This document shows, piece by piece, positions 23,149 to 34,428 of a stretch of DNA of 59,416 nt. The stretch lies in NCBI GenBank assembly GCA_002104945.1, contig MCFH01000103.1:1-59416 (forward strand), in the 5' to 3' direction. Within the stretch, counting starts at the first letter, position 1; every line of letters begins with the position of its first letter. The translations under genes were made by a program, and so were the position numbers. Under the pieces are notes generated by a model. That model did not search any database. It was not told the origin of the DNA and saw only the letters and a program-made list of their open reading frames with translations. This DNA comes from Piromyces finnis finn. Taxonomy: Eukaryota; Fungi; Neocallimastigomycota.

Positions 23149-25928
23149 GTGGGTAATGGTAGCCACAAGGCTACAAAGGAAACCAGAAACGGAAGTTCCG
23201 GAGGGTTGGCATCGAGTTCCAACTTAGAGAAAAATCCCGTTTCAGTAGGGTTGGTACAGAGTGTTGACTTAGAGAAAAAATGTGATTCCGGAGGGTTGAC
23301 ATTTGAATCCAACTTAGAGAAAACTTGTGTTTCAGTAGGGTTGGTACAAGAGTCGAACTTAGAGAAAAATCACATTTACGTAGGGTTGGTACAGGAAGAA
23401 AACTTAAACGAAAATCAACCCACACCTGAAGAAATCGTGGAGAAGTACTACCACAATTTCAAAGAAGCATTTAATGAAGAGATAGCTAACCAGCTACCAG
23501 AACACCGTCCTTACGACTGTAAGATCGATCTGGAGCCGGATGCTAGTCTCCATAAAGGGCCTATATATCCCTTCAATCCAGAAGAGGAAAAAGCATTGAA
23601 GGAATATATAGAGGAAAACCTGGCAAAGGGCTTCATCAGGAAGTCAGAGAGTCCTGCAGGTTATCCTGTGTTATTCGTGCCCAAAAAGAGTGGTGAAAGA
23701 CGATTATGTACTGATTATAGGCGTCTTAATAAGGTAACAGTGCGTAACTCCTTCCCCTTACCACTCATCAGTCAAGTGTTCGAGGCTATGAAAGGCGCGA
23801 CTATCTTCTCCAAGTTGGATTTGAAGTCTGCCTACAACCTCGTGCGTATTCGTGAAGGTGACGAATACAAGACGGCATTCTCAACCAAGTTTGGGCATTA
23901 TGAATATCTAGTGATGCCATTTGGGTTGACTAATGCTCCTGCCACGTTCCAAGGGTTCATTAATACGGTGCTGGCAGAAGAAATCAATGACTGCTGTCAA
24001 GTGTACTTGGATGATATCATCATCTACTCCAAGTCACTTGAAGAGCATGTAGGGCATGTAAAAAGAGTCCTACAAAAGCTAATAGATAATCGTCTAGTAG
24101 CTAAATTAGCGAAGTGTGAGTTCCACAAGGAAGAACTTGCATTCCTGGGTCATGTAGTTGGAAAATATGGTATTAAAACCGACCCAGAGAAGTTAAAAGC
24201 TGTAGCAAGTTGGCCACAACCAACCAATATCAAAGAACTACAGTCATTCCTCGGATTCTGCAACTATTATAGGAAGTTTATAAAGGACTTCTCTAAGATA
24301 GCAAGGCCGTTATATGCTATGACGTCCAAAAAGGTACAGTTCCTGTGGAATGAAGAACGCATCCAGGCGTTCGAGAAGTTAAAAGAAATGCTGTTGTCTC
24401 CACCAGTATTAGCATATCCTGACCATGACCGTCAGTTCATAGTGGAGTGCGACGCTAGTAACTACGCGGTGGGTGGTGTACTATCACAACTAGGCAATGA
24501 CAATGAACTACACCCTGTGTATTACTATTCCAAGAAGCTTACGAAAGCAGAAATCAACTACTCCATCACGGAAAAGGAGTTATTGGCTATTAGGAATGCT
24601 TTCATCGAGTGGCGACACCTGTTGATGGGTGCGAAACATAAGGTCCTAGTATATAGTGACCATAGGAATCTCCTGTTCGCCACAAAACCACAGTTGTTGA
24701 CAGCAAGACAGGCAAGATGGCAAGAGCTGTTTGCTGCCTACAACTTCGAAATAATATATCGGCCAGGGAAAATGAATGGTAGAGCCGATATCCTATCAAG
24801 AATGGTATCTCCAGAACAGGTACAACTGGAGATGGAAAAAGCTAGCCTCCTTCGACCTGAACAGGTAAAAGAATTTCCACCCGTGGAAGAAGAGTGCTAT
24901 GCGGTGTTAGAAGTAAGCTTCGTGGGAGAATTGAAACAAGCTTACAACACGGATGAGCTTGCTAGGGAAATTAGAGATGGTCTTGACGCAAAAAGAGGCC
25001 ACAAGCTCATCAAAAAGAAGTGGTTGATGGTTAATGGGTTGATTGTTAGAAAGGATGCACCAGAACGTACATATGTACCAAAGGTGTTAAGGGAAACAAT
25101 CATAAAACTTAACCATGATAGTGAAACAGCGGGTCACTTAGGAAAGGATAAGACTTACGACCTGATAGCCAGAAACTATTACTGGCCAAAAATGAAGGAT
25201 GACATTGCGGGTTACATTAAAGCTTGTACCATATGTTGTACCCAAAAGGACAACAGACACAAGCCGTACGGTAGCGCTGCTAGGGTAAAAGTTGCAGACT
25301 TACCTTGGCAAGAAGTAGAAATTGACTTCCTGACGGACCTACCTATTAAGGAACGTAGAAAACCAGGTAGTAGTCCCTCAGAACCCCCAGAAGTCACTAG
25401 AAGAGGTTGTATCATGGTTTGTAGCGATAAGTTAACCAAAATGATACACTTAGTGGGATTTAGGAGTATGCCTACTGCTAGAGAAACAGCCTTAGCATAC
25501 TTACAACATGTATTCAAGTTACATGGTTGTCCCAAATCGGTTACTACGGATCGTGGTGTCCAGTTCACTAGTAAGTTGTGGAAGGACATTATGGGGTTCT
25601 TTGGCGTAGAAGTAAACCTTGCTACTACTGGCCATCATGAAACAGTTGGTCAGGTAGAACGTAACAACTCCTACGTAAGTATGTACCTTAGGTGCTTTGT
25701 GAAGACCTTTGATGACGACGAATGGTTGAAGTACTTGTACTTAGCTGAGTTCTGTTATAATAATGCAGTGCACAGTTCTACTAAGCAGTCCCCATTCCTA
25801 GCCTTGTATAACTACCAGGTACATATGAATCCTCAAGATTCAGAACTTGTCCACTCCCTTGGCGAAGCTCCTGTATTAGATAGCTTCGCTCACAACTTAG
25901 GTAACTTAAAGCACATGCTGGACATATC
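23149..25928 (+). CDS. pol: Pol of F, 5' part (RT, RNase H, integrase core), in the -1 frame relative to gag-PR
   Basis: YLDD, CDASNYAVG, HHCC, D,D35E; cut by A2 at 25929. The frame is open from 23011. Confidence 0.9.
23201..23406 (+). repeat. Degenerate ~45-nt (15-aa) tandem repeat in the PR-RT spacer of F
   Basis: xGLxxxSNLEKxxx repeated about 4.5 times (AGGGTTG...ACTTAGAGAAAA). Confidence 0.8.
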
Positions 25929-26337
25929 TGTAAAGAACTAATGTTCAATAAATAAAAACACAAATATATAAAAAGGAAAATAATAAAAGCAAATAAAAAT
26001 TTTATTATTGAACACTTAACAAAATTATAACAGGTTAGTGTTTAATAATTTTATTTTTATTATAAAATTTCTTTGTTAATAAAAACTCGAATTCCAAATA
26101 ATTTTTTGAGAAATTTCACTCGTATTTATATAAATGTTTTTAAAAGTAAATTTATAAAAATTTTACAACTTAATTTTTTAAGCCAATCAGAAATTATCTT
26201 CTTTGGTAAAATTTCGTTATAAAATATTTTAATAATTAAAAAAAAGATATTAATGAGGTTTCGAACTCGAGTAGTTCAAACCAAGGTCTTAGTTACTAAC
26301 CACTAAGACAGGTTACTAATTTCTATGATTCGTTACA
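25929..26337 (-). repeat. 3' LTR of A2 (409 bp)
   Basis: Reverse complement of the A LTR; PPT complement TGGTCCTCCTCC is adjacent. Confidence 0.95.
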
Positions 26338-26434
26338 TGGTCCTCCTCCAGGATTCGGATACCAGACGAATCAACTAAATTTATTTGTTACTTTATTATA
26401 AAAGAAATAATTGAAACGAGTGAATACATTTTGA

Positions 26435-26476
<42 letters not shown>

Positions 26477-26579
26477 TGAATATTAAATTATAAATATATT
26501 TTTTCATTTTCTATTTTCTATTTTCTATTCTCTTTTTCTCTTATCAATTACTAATTTTTTTTTAAATTAATAACTATTA

Positions 26580-29500
26580 CTAATGTGAATTATTAAAGTT
26601 TTTAATTAGTTCATCGCAGTTTAAATTACTTTCAGGTTCCCAAGATGCTTCTGAAAGCGGATAACCTTTCCATTTTATTAGATATTGAATCTTCCCATAA
26701 TGCTTTCTTTTATCAAGTATTTCTTCTACTTCGTATTCTTCTTCTTCATTTACTATTATAGGTGGAGGTGGATCTTTGATTCTTCCAAAACTATCTTCAT
26801 AATACGGTTCTAGGTTTGAAACATGAACAATTGGGTAAATCTTCAGCGATTTTGGTAATTCTAATTTATAAGTGAGATTAGAGATTTTACTAATTATCCT
26901 AAACGGGCCAAGTTTCCTAGGATTAAATTTTTTATTTCCTTTATGAATTATCAAGGAGCTATCCAACCATACTTTGTCACCAGTCTTGAATGTCGGAGGT
27001 TCTTGTCTATACTTGTCGGCATATTTCTTTTGAACTTGGATGGCCTTCTTTAAGTTTTCTTTTAGTTTCTCCATTAGGTCTTCAAAGTCTCTTGTAAACT
27101 CTTCAGCTCTTGGAACATTCGTTTGGTCAGGAATTACCGGAGAGTATTTTGGGTGATAACCATAATTTAGGAAGAATGGTGAGAATTTTGTTGAGTCTTG
27201 AACAGCATTATTGTAACTGAATTCTGCCAATGGAAGAAAGTTGATCCAGTTTGTTCCTTTATAATTAGAAAAGCATCTTAAATATTGTTCAACAACGGAG
27301 TTTACCCTCTCCGTTTGGCCATTGGATTGATGATGATATGGTGAAGAATATTTAACATTGACGTCCAAAGATTGACAAATAGATTTCCAAAATTTCGAAG
27401 TGAATTGCGCGCCTCTATCGGAAATAATTTCAGAGGGGAGACCGTGAATTTTGAAAATATAATTCAAAAAAGCAAAAGCAGTATCAGAAGCAGAAGGAAT
27501 ACCTTTAAAGGGAATGAGGTGGCACATTTTAGTAAGGCGGTCAACTACAACAAGAATAGTGTTAAATCCATCCGAAGGAGGGAGGTCAGTAATGAAATCC
27601 ATAGAAATAGAAGCCCAAGGATGGTCACTAATCTCAAGGGGTTGAAGTAAACCATATGGTTTATGACGAGAAGGCTTGGAGCGGCAACAAATCTCGCAAG
27701 ATCGGATATAATTCTTAACATCAATAGAAATGGATGGCCACCAAAAGTCACGAGAGATCAAAGAAATAGTTTTGCGGATACCAAAATGACCGGCAGAGGG
27801 GGAATCATGACAGAGTTTCAAAACGGAGGGACGGCATTTTAAAGGGACATAGATTCTACTATCAAAAAGAAGAAAACTATTACTAAGGGAGAATTTATTA
27901 CTTTGTGGATGTGGAGCTGGGAGATTCTTATTTTCAAGAAAATTGCAAATGTCAATGTAAAAAGAGTCGTTCACATATTCAGATAATATTTCATCATTAA
28001 GAGAAGAAATGGAACAAATCAAAGCGCAGAAATTCTCAGGGCGTAAAACCGAAAAAGGAGCATCAGAAGGAAGAGAGGAATCTATATAATCAGGTCTTCG
28101 TGAAAGCGCATCAGGTTTACCATTTGATGAACCAGAGCGGTAGAGAATTTTAAAGTTAAATTCGGAAAGGAAAAGGGCCCAACGAACGAGACGTTGTGAC
28201 ATTTTTTCCGGTTTCTTTTGATATAGTAAGTTTCGATGATCTGAATAAATAGTAAACGGGGTTAAAGCACCTTTGAGAAAATGTCGCCAAGTCTCAAGAG
28301 CATTAACAATAGCTAAAAGTTCTTTATCGTATATAGGATAGTTTCTTTCAGCGGAAGTAAGAGATCTTGAATAGAAAGCGACAGGATGGATCATTTTATC
28401 ATCAGGAGATTTTTGAGACAGAACTGCTCCTATAGCAAAGTTGCTAGAGTCGGTTTCAACAATAAAGGGAAGATCACGATTTGGGTGAGACAGGATGGGA
28501 GCAGATGAAATTAATGATTTAATGGTATTAAATGCATCAAGAGCTTCAGAGGAAAAATCAAATTTAACGTTTTTACGAAGTAGTCTGTGAAGGGGTTGTG
28601 CAACTTTGGCAAAATTAGGAATAAACCGACGATAGTAGTTGGCTAGGCCAATAAAAGATTGAACTTCCTTGACACTGGACGGAACTGGCCAATTAATAAT
28701 AGCAGAAACTTTATTGGGGTCCATATGTATACCTTCAGAGGATATCCGATGACCAAGGAAATCAATAGAGGAAACAAAGAATTCACACTTTTCAAGCTTA
28801 GCATAAAGACCAGCATTTCTTAAGCGATCCAGGACTTCGATAACGTGCTTAATGTGGGATTTATGGTTTTCAGAAAAAATAATTAAATCGTCAATATATG
28901 AATAAACAAAAATCCCTAGAATATTTTCCAGAACATCATTGATAAAATGCTGAAAAACAGCCGGGGCGTTTTTCAGTCCGAATGGCATTACCAGGTATTC
29001 AAAGTGGCCGAATTTGCAGGTGAAAGCTGTTTTATATTCATCACCCTTTTTGATTCGGACCAAATTATATGCTGATCGTAAATCCAATTTTGAGAAGATT
29101 TTCGCTTTACCAAGATGCTCTAGCATATCTTGAATCAGAGGTAGAGGATAGGAATCTCTAATGGTAATTTTGTTGAGTTCCCTATAATCTTGACAAAGAC
29201 GGAGTTCACCATTCTTTTTAGGAACGAAAAGTACAGGCGCACCAGCAGGAGATTTGGATTTCCTAATGAAACCCTTTTTGAGGTTTTCATCGATATAATC
29301 CTTCAAAACTCTTGTTTCTTCGTCTGTTAGTGGGTAGATTGGTCCATAAAATAGCTTGGCATTTTCGATTAGGTTTATTTGGCAATCATAAGGACGATGA
29401 GGTGGTAATTGATCAGCAGAAGATTCGCTAAAGACGTCCATATATGATTCTAATTCCTTCGGAAGTTTAGTAGTAGGATTTGAGTCTTTAAAAGAGTTTT

Positions 29501-30944
29501 TTGGTGAACAAGAATCAACTTTAGAAAGAGATATATTAGAAGCCATGACAGTACAAGTCTCTTGTGATAAAGGATCGTTAACAGATTCATTGTTAATTAA
29601 GACAGATTTAGAACGATTTTCTTTGGGATTACGAGAATGAGATAACTTAGAATTTGAAAAAGAAGATTTAGGTTTGTCAATAAAAATAGGCAAAGAAACG
29701 GAAGAAGAGTTATTGCAATCAGTAGAAAAAACAGAAGTTTCCTGATGGAATTCGGGAACATTCGAAGGGAGAGTCATACAATGATCCAAGCAATATGAAG
29801 AACCAAAGGATAATTTATTATTTTCAAAGTCAATACTTGGATTATGTTCCTTAAGCCAACGTAGACCTAGAATACAAGGATATACAGGTAGATCAGTAAC
29901 GTAAAAGACAGTACGGCATAGGTGATCCATGTAGCGAAGATTAAGAAGTGGAGTAACTCCGAACAGTTTTTGGCTACCACCAATACCGAATACGTTGGGT
30001 AAATCTTCTTCATAGTGGTAGGGAATATTGTGATCGTTGCAATAGTCGACATCTATTAGATTAAGTGTAGAACCGGAGTCTATAAGAATTTTTGTGTCTA
30101 GTTCAAACGATAATTTAAAATTTGAGGTTACCCTATCTTGTTGATTTTTCTTGGAATTGGTAGAATTATTTTGTAGAGAAACTAAAGATTCGAATGCTGA
30201 GTTTTTATTTCTTCTCTTATGACAATCTTTCAGTTGGTGTCCTGGAGATCCACAATAGACACATAAGTTTTCCTTACTTCTTCTTTCTTTTTCTTCCTTG
30301 GATAACGGACCAAAGTATCTTTTCTTCTTGGGATGTTCTTTTAGATTTGTGGAAGCCTTTCTGGAGCCATTGCTGGAATTAGAACTTGGTCCCTTAGTAT
30401 TTTTGTCAAAAAATAATCCCCTGGTAGCAAGTCTGGAGTCTATTCTAGCTGCAATAGTTTGGAGGGAAAACAAATCTCTTGGTCCTGGGAACATCTCTAA
30501 TATCTTCATTGCAACTTCTTGGTTGAGCCCAGCGATAAAAGCATCCATCTTAGCCTCTTCATTCCAGTTAGATTCATCAGAGTATTTGTTAAATTCAAGG
30601 ATGTATCCTCTGATGCCGCCCAAACGATGTTGCTTGAGAGTACGTAGCATTTGATTGGCTACGTAGACTGCATCATTGTTCCCGTAGAATGCCTTTAGTC
30701 TTTCCTTGAATGCTTGGTAGTTGGTCAGACATGGATCATGGTTGTCAATAAGCGTAGCGGCCCAATTTAATGCATTTCCATAAAGGCGAGAAATCAGGTA
30801 GATAACCTTGCTCTCTTCATCTTGATATCTTTCGGGATAAAGGAGAAAAACAAGTTCTATTTTAGCTAAGAAACCTTTGAGATATTTTCTGTCTCCTGCG
30901 AAACCGTCTTTTAGTGAGGCGTTATCAAATATTTGTCCTTCCAT
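26580..30944 (-). CDS. gag-pol: Intact Gag-Pol polyprotein of A2 (CCHC, PR, RT, RH, IN, chromodomain)
   Basis: CVYCGSPGHQLKDC, LIDSGS, YIDD, HHCC, D,D35[24 protein letters not shown]. Confidence 0.97.
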   Translation of the reverse strand: MEGQIFDNASLKDGFAGDRKYLKGFLAKIELVFLLYPERYQDEESKVIYLISRLYGNALNWAATLIDNHDPCLTNYQAFKERLKAFYGNNDAVYVANQMLRTLKQHRLGGIRGYILEFNKYSDESNWNEEAKMDAFIAGLNQEVAMKILEMFPGPRDLFSLQTIAARIDSRLATRGLFFDKNTKGPSSNSSNGSRKASTNLKEHPKKKRYFGPLSKEEKERRSKENLCVYCGSPGHQLKDCHKRRNKNSAFESLVSLQNNSTNSKKNQQDRVTSNFKLSFELDTKILIDSGSTLNLIDVDYCNDHNIPYHYEEDLPNVFGIGGSQKLFGVTPLLNLRYMDHLCRTVFYVTDLPVYPCILGLRWLKEHNPSIDFENNKLSFGSSYCLDHCMTLPSNVPEFHQETSVFSTDCNNSSSVSLPIFIDKPKSSFSNSKLSHSRNPKENRSKSVLINNESVNDPLSQETCTVMASNISLSKVDSCSPKNSFKDSNPTTKLPKELESYMDVFSESSADQLPPHRPYDCQINLIENAKLFYGPIYPLTDEETRVLKDYIDENLKKGFIRKSKSPAGAPVLFVPKKNGELRLCQDYRELNKITIRDSYPLPLIQDMLEHLGKAKIFSKLDLRSAYNLVRIKKGDEYKTAFTCKFGHFEYLVMPFGLKNAPAVFQHFINDVLENILGIFVYSYIDDLIIFSENHKSHIKHVIEVLDRLRNAGLYAKLEKCEFFVSSIDFLGHRISSEGIHMDPNKVSAIINWPVPSSVKEVQSFIGLANYYRRFIPNFAKVAQPLHRLLRKNVKFDFSSEALDAFNTIKSLISSAPILSHPNRDLPFIVETDSSNFAIGAVLSQKSPDDKMIHPVAFYSRSLTSAERNYPIYDKELLAIVNALETWRHFLKGALTPFTIYSDHRNLLYQKKPEKMSQRLVRWALFLSEFNFKILYRSGSSNGKPDALSRRPDYIDSSLPSDAPFSVLRPENFCALICSISSLNDEILSEYVNDSFYIDICNFLENKNLPAPHPQSNKFSLSNSFLLFDSRIYVPLKCRPSVLKLCHDSPSAGHFGIRKTISLISRDFWWPSISIDVKNYIRSCEICCRSKPSRHKPYGLLQPLEISDHPWASISMDFITDLPPSDGFNTILVVVDRLTKMCHLIPFKGIPSASDTAFAFLNYIFKIHGLPSEIISDRGAQFTSKFWKSICQSLDVNVKYSSPYHHQSNGQTERVNSVVEQYLRCFSNYKGTNWINFLPLAEFSYNNAVQDSTKFSPFFLNYGYHPKYSPVIPDQTNVPRAEEFTRDFEDLMEKLKENLKKAIQVQKKYADKYRQEPPTFKTGDKVWLDSSLIIHKGNKKFNPRKLGPFRIISKISNLTYKLELPKSLKIYPIVHVSNLEPYYEDSFGRIKDPPPPIIVNEEEEYEVEEILDKRKHYGKIQYLIKWKGYPLSEASWEPESNLNCDELIKNFNNSH

Positions 30945-31645
30945 TAAAATTAAAAAAATATAATTGTTTGAAAATAAAAATTATGTAAATAAGATAAAGT
31001 TATGTTTGAAGAAATTAAGAAAGAAAAAAAAATTAAATCTTTATTATTATTTATTGATTAAAATATTTTAAATATAGACAAAGAGTCAAATTAAATAGTA
31101 TTGGACCATCAAATATTTAATTTTATTAGTATTCAATACTAGGTCCCTTGTAGCTCTTTGTTGATAACGTAGATATTATCAATTGTTAATATTGGAAATG
31201 AAAATTTTCAATAAAAGGAATTAACGGTATTAGTTTCTTTATTGTCACTTACTTAATTAAGCGGAAAGAAAAAAAATAGGTTTAATTCCCCGATTATTAA
31301 TAATATCTAAACAACAAAGTATTACGTATAGGTGTCCAACTATCCACGCTAAGGGAGGTATTGAATCCTAACTTCTTTGTTATTTTAATATTTTTTCAAA
31401 AATAATAAATAAAATTTAATTTTATTTATTAAAAGTAGAAAACGTTTTATTAGAAAATGAATTTTTTCTTTATTATTAAATTAAGCGTCCTGGCGCTCCC
31501 CTTATAATAACTGTGGGTTTTACTTTTGTTTTCAGTACCCTTATTGTTAAAATAAGCTTCACTGACTTACTTAATTTTTTAATAAATTAAAAATTCTTCC
31601 TTTTTTAAACACTAAGGTGTTATTATATATTTTAGGAGTTTTTAT

Positions 31646-32054
31646 TGTAAAGAACTAATGTTCAATAAATAAAAACACAAATATATAAAAAGGAAAATAA
31701 TAAAAGCAAATAAAAATTTTATTATTGAACACTTAACAAAATTATAACAGGTTAGTGTTTAATAATTTTATTTTTATTATAAAATTTCTTTGTTAATAAA
31801 AACTCGAATTCCAAATAATTTTTTGAGAAATTTCACTCGTATTTATATAAATGTTTTTAAAAGTAAATTTATAAAAATTTTACAACTTAATTTTTTAAGC
31901 CAATCAGAAATTATCTTCTTTGGTAAAATTTCGTTATAAAATATTTTAATAATTAAAAAAAAGATATTAATGAGGTTTCGAACTCGAGTAGTTCAAACCA
32001 AGGTCTTAGTTACTAACCACTAAGACAGGTTACTAATTTCTATGATTCGTTACA
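31646..32054 (-). repeat. 5' LTR of A2 (409 bp)
   Basis: Matches 25929-26337; self-priming PBS complement GAGTTTTTATT at 31636-31646. Confidence 0.95.
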
Positions 32055-32059
32055 ATATC

Positions 32060-32552
32060 AAGAACACGGTTCTTAGACCACTTGGACCATAGAAGAGAAC
32101 TTAACTACCCTAAAATTAGACTCATGGATTTGGTGTGGTTAAGAAAACCAGAAAATTACAACCCTCTTCCCTTCTACAAGCTACAAGCAAGAAAGTACGG
32201 TCCCTTCAAGGTTATTGGAATTGATGAAAGCAAGCTTAACTACCGGTTGGATATCAGCAAGTCACCTTTCCCCAACGTCTACCCAGTGTTTCATATCAGT
32301 GAACTTGAACCCTACCATAACAAACCTGAAGAACTAACACCTGCACCAGTGGGCTACCAGAAAATCATCAAAATCATGAATGCCAGAAGAAAGAAGGATA
32401 ACTACCAATACTTAGCTACCTTTAGTGACTTTAGACAAGAGTGGGTTGATGCTGATATCATTGACAAGAACTCCCACTATGATAAGCTACTCAAGGAATT
32501 TCAAGATAAATGTTACCAGGAATTCATGGTTAGTGTCCAAAACCCTGCCTAG
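32060..32552 (+). CDS. pol: Pol of F, 3' part (integrase C-terminus, GPF motif, divergent chromodomain-like domain)
   Basis: Removing A2 and one TSD copy restores the frame (LDI-S-RTRFLDHLDHRR); YGPFKV, FHISELEPY. Confidence 0.9.
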
Positions 32553-32573
32553 GTTTTCTCCTTAGGGGGGCAT

Positions 32574-33068
32574 TGTAAGAAATATTTGTGGCCATAAGTT
32601 TGCCCACAAATATTTCAATTGAAACCATATATTCTGGTCATCATTTATTGGCCAAATATATGTATAACCATATATTAATGGTTATTAATTAAATAGGAAG
32701 TTTATTTGCTTTACCCAATCAAGTGGTAAAGAAAATAAACTCATATAGTTAAATAGTATAGTCAAAACTAACGTTAAATACTTTAGCGTTAGTATTAAAG
32801 TAAATTAGTAACTATAATAATAATTAATGTAGATAATTATAATTAATAAATAAAAGATATAATTAAAATATAATTATTTAAGTAAAAGTTATTTCATAAA
32901 ATATTTATATAAGTGTTTATATTTATTTTAGTGTTATAATATTTATTTTCTTTCTTTTATTATTTTTTATAAAACTTTATTTAGTTATTAACTCGTATAG
33001 AGAGGTAATAACTAACTTAATTAACTAATTAGTAACTTATTAACTAATAATATAAAAAACCTTTTACA
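32574..33068 (+). repeat. 3' LTR of F
   Basis: Follows PPT AGGGGGGCAT; matches 20132-20626. Confidence 0.95.
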
Positions 33069-33078
33069 ATTATCAATA

Positions 33079-33905
33079 TGTAAGAATTAATAATTATTTA
33101 TTGAATAATTATTAATTCTTATTTAATTATTTTTTTAATTATTAAATTAATTAATTATTTAAATTATTAGCATACATTCATTTAAATTACTATAAACAGT
33201 TATTTATATTAATATTAATTATTCATTTACTAAATGTAAAATTTATTTAATTATTATATTAATTAATTATTTATTTAATTTAGTAATTTATCTAAAATAA
33301 TAGTAAACATTCATTTATTCTATTATTTAATAATTTTTGTATTACATTTTATAAGAAACATTATGTATTTTATTTTACGTTTGTATTTTATATTTATGTA
33401 TCGTATCTTGAAATAACTTATAGAAACAACTAGAAGATATAAATAAATATTAGGACAATCGGATATTAAGGTTTTTCCGAATTTTATTCGGTTTTACTTA
33501 ATATTACGATGATTGATATATTAGTTATCAATCGAATATCTTTTTAGGTTTTTCTTCTAGTCTTTTCCTAAAAAGATTATTTGTTAAGATTAGAAATTTT
33601 TTATTAAACTTTAAATTATTAAAAAATTATAAATAAAAGAACTCTGGAATACCACTTAAAAATCCAGAGTTATTATTATAAGAACTATTATAATAAATAA
33701 CCTTTATTAAAACAATATTAATAAAATATTTTAAATTAATTAACATTAAAAGTTTTGTGTGTTGTTTATTATACTTCCTTATAATAAACTCTTATTAAGA
33801 TAAGTATAAAATTTTATTTTAACTTCTCAGTTTAATAATACTAATTATTATTAAATTGAAGATAATAATTATTATTATATAATATATATAATAATAATTA
33901 TTACA
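33079..33905 (+). repeat. 5' LTR of C (827 bp)
   Basis: TGTAAGAATT...TTATTACA; matches 45279-46105. Confidence 0.95.
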
Positions 33906-33916
33906 ATAATAACTCT
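33905..33916 (+). promoter_or_regulatory. Self-priming PBS of C
   Basis: AATAATAACTCT is the reverse complement of AGAGTTATTATT at 33666-33677, 38 nt after TATAAATA at 33628. Confidence 0.8.
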
Positions 33917-34428
33917 CCTACATCAGATTGTTTAATAATTATTATTTTATTGGCATTAGAATTTCAATTCACAATATAAAATTTTGCAAAAAATAAATAA
34001 ATACAATATATTAATAATTAATAATACATAAAAAAAAAATTTACCAATAAGAAAAATATATATATATATATTACCAATCAATATATAAAAAAAAAAAAAA
34101 AAATTTTTTTTTTTTTACCAATCAAATGTATAAAAAAAAAATTTTTTTAAATTCTTTGCCAATTAATTAGATATTATTGAAATTATATATAAAAAGTTAA
34201 ATTTTCAAAAAAAAAAAATTGATAATAATAGTAATAATAATAGATAACAATAATAACAATAACAAAAGATATATAAACTGTATTATATTATAAAATATCA
34301 ATATTTTCACAAATAAGATATACTACAATACTACAGTATTAGTAAAAAAAATATAATAATAATATCAATAAATAATATTTTATTCTACACTGATCTTATT
34401 TTATTTTTATAATTTAAAAATAGATAAT

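Larger units (their letters stand above)
25929..32054 (-). mobile_element. Full-length family A copy 2 (6126 bp), apparently intact
   Basis: LTRs 25929-26337 and 31646-32054, TSD ATATC (25924-25928 and 32055-32059), single 1454-aa ORF. Confidence 0.97.
20132..33068 (+). mobile_element. Ty3/Gypsy element, family F, carrying A2
   Basis: 495-bp LTRs that appear identical, TSD ATTAT (20127-20131 and 33069-33073), PPT AGGGGGG. Confidence 0.95.
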
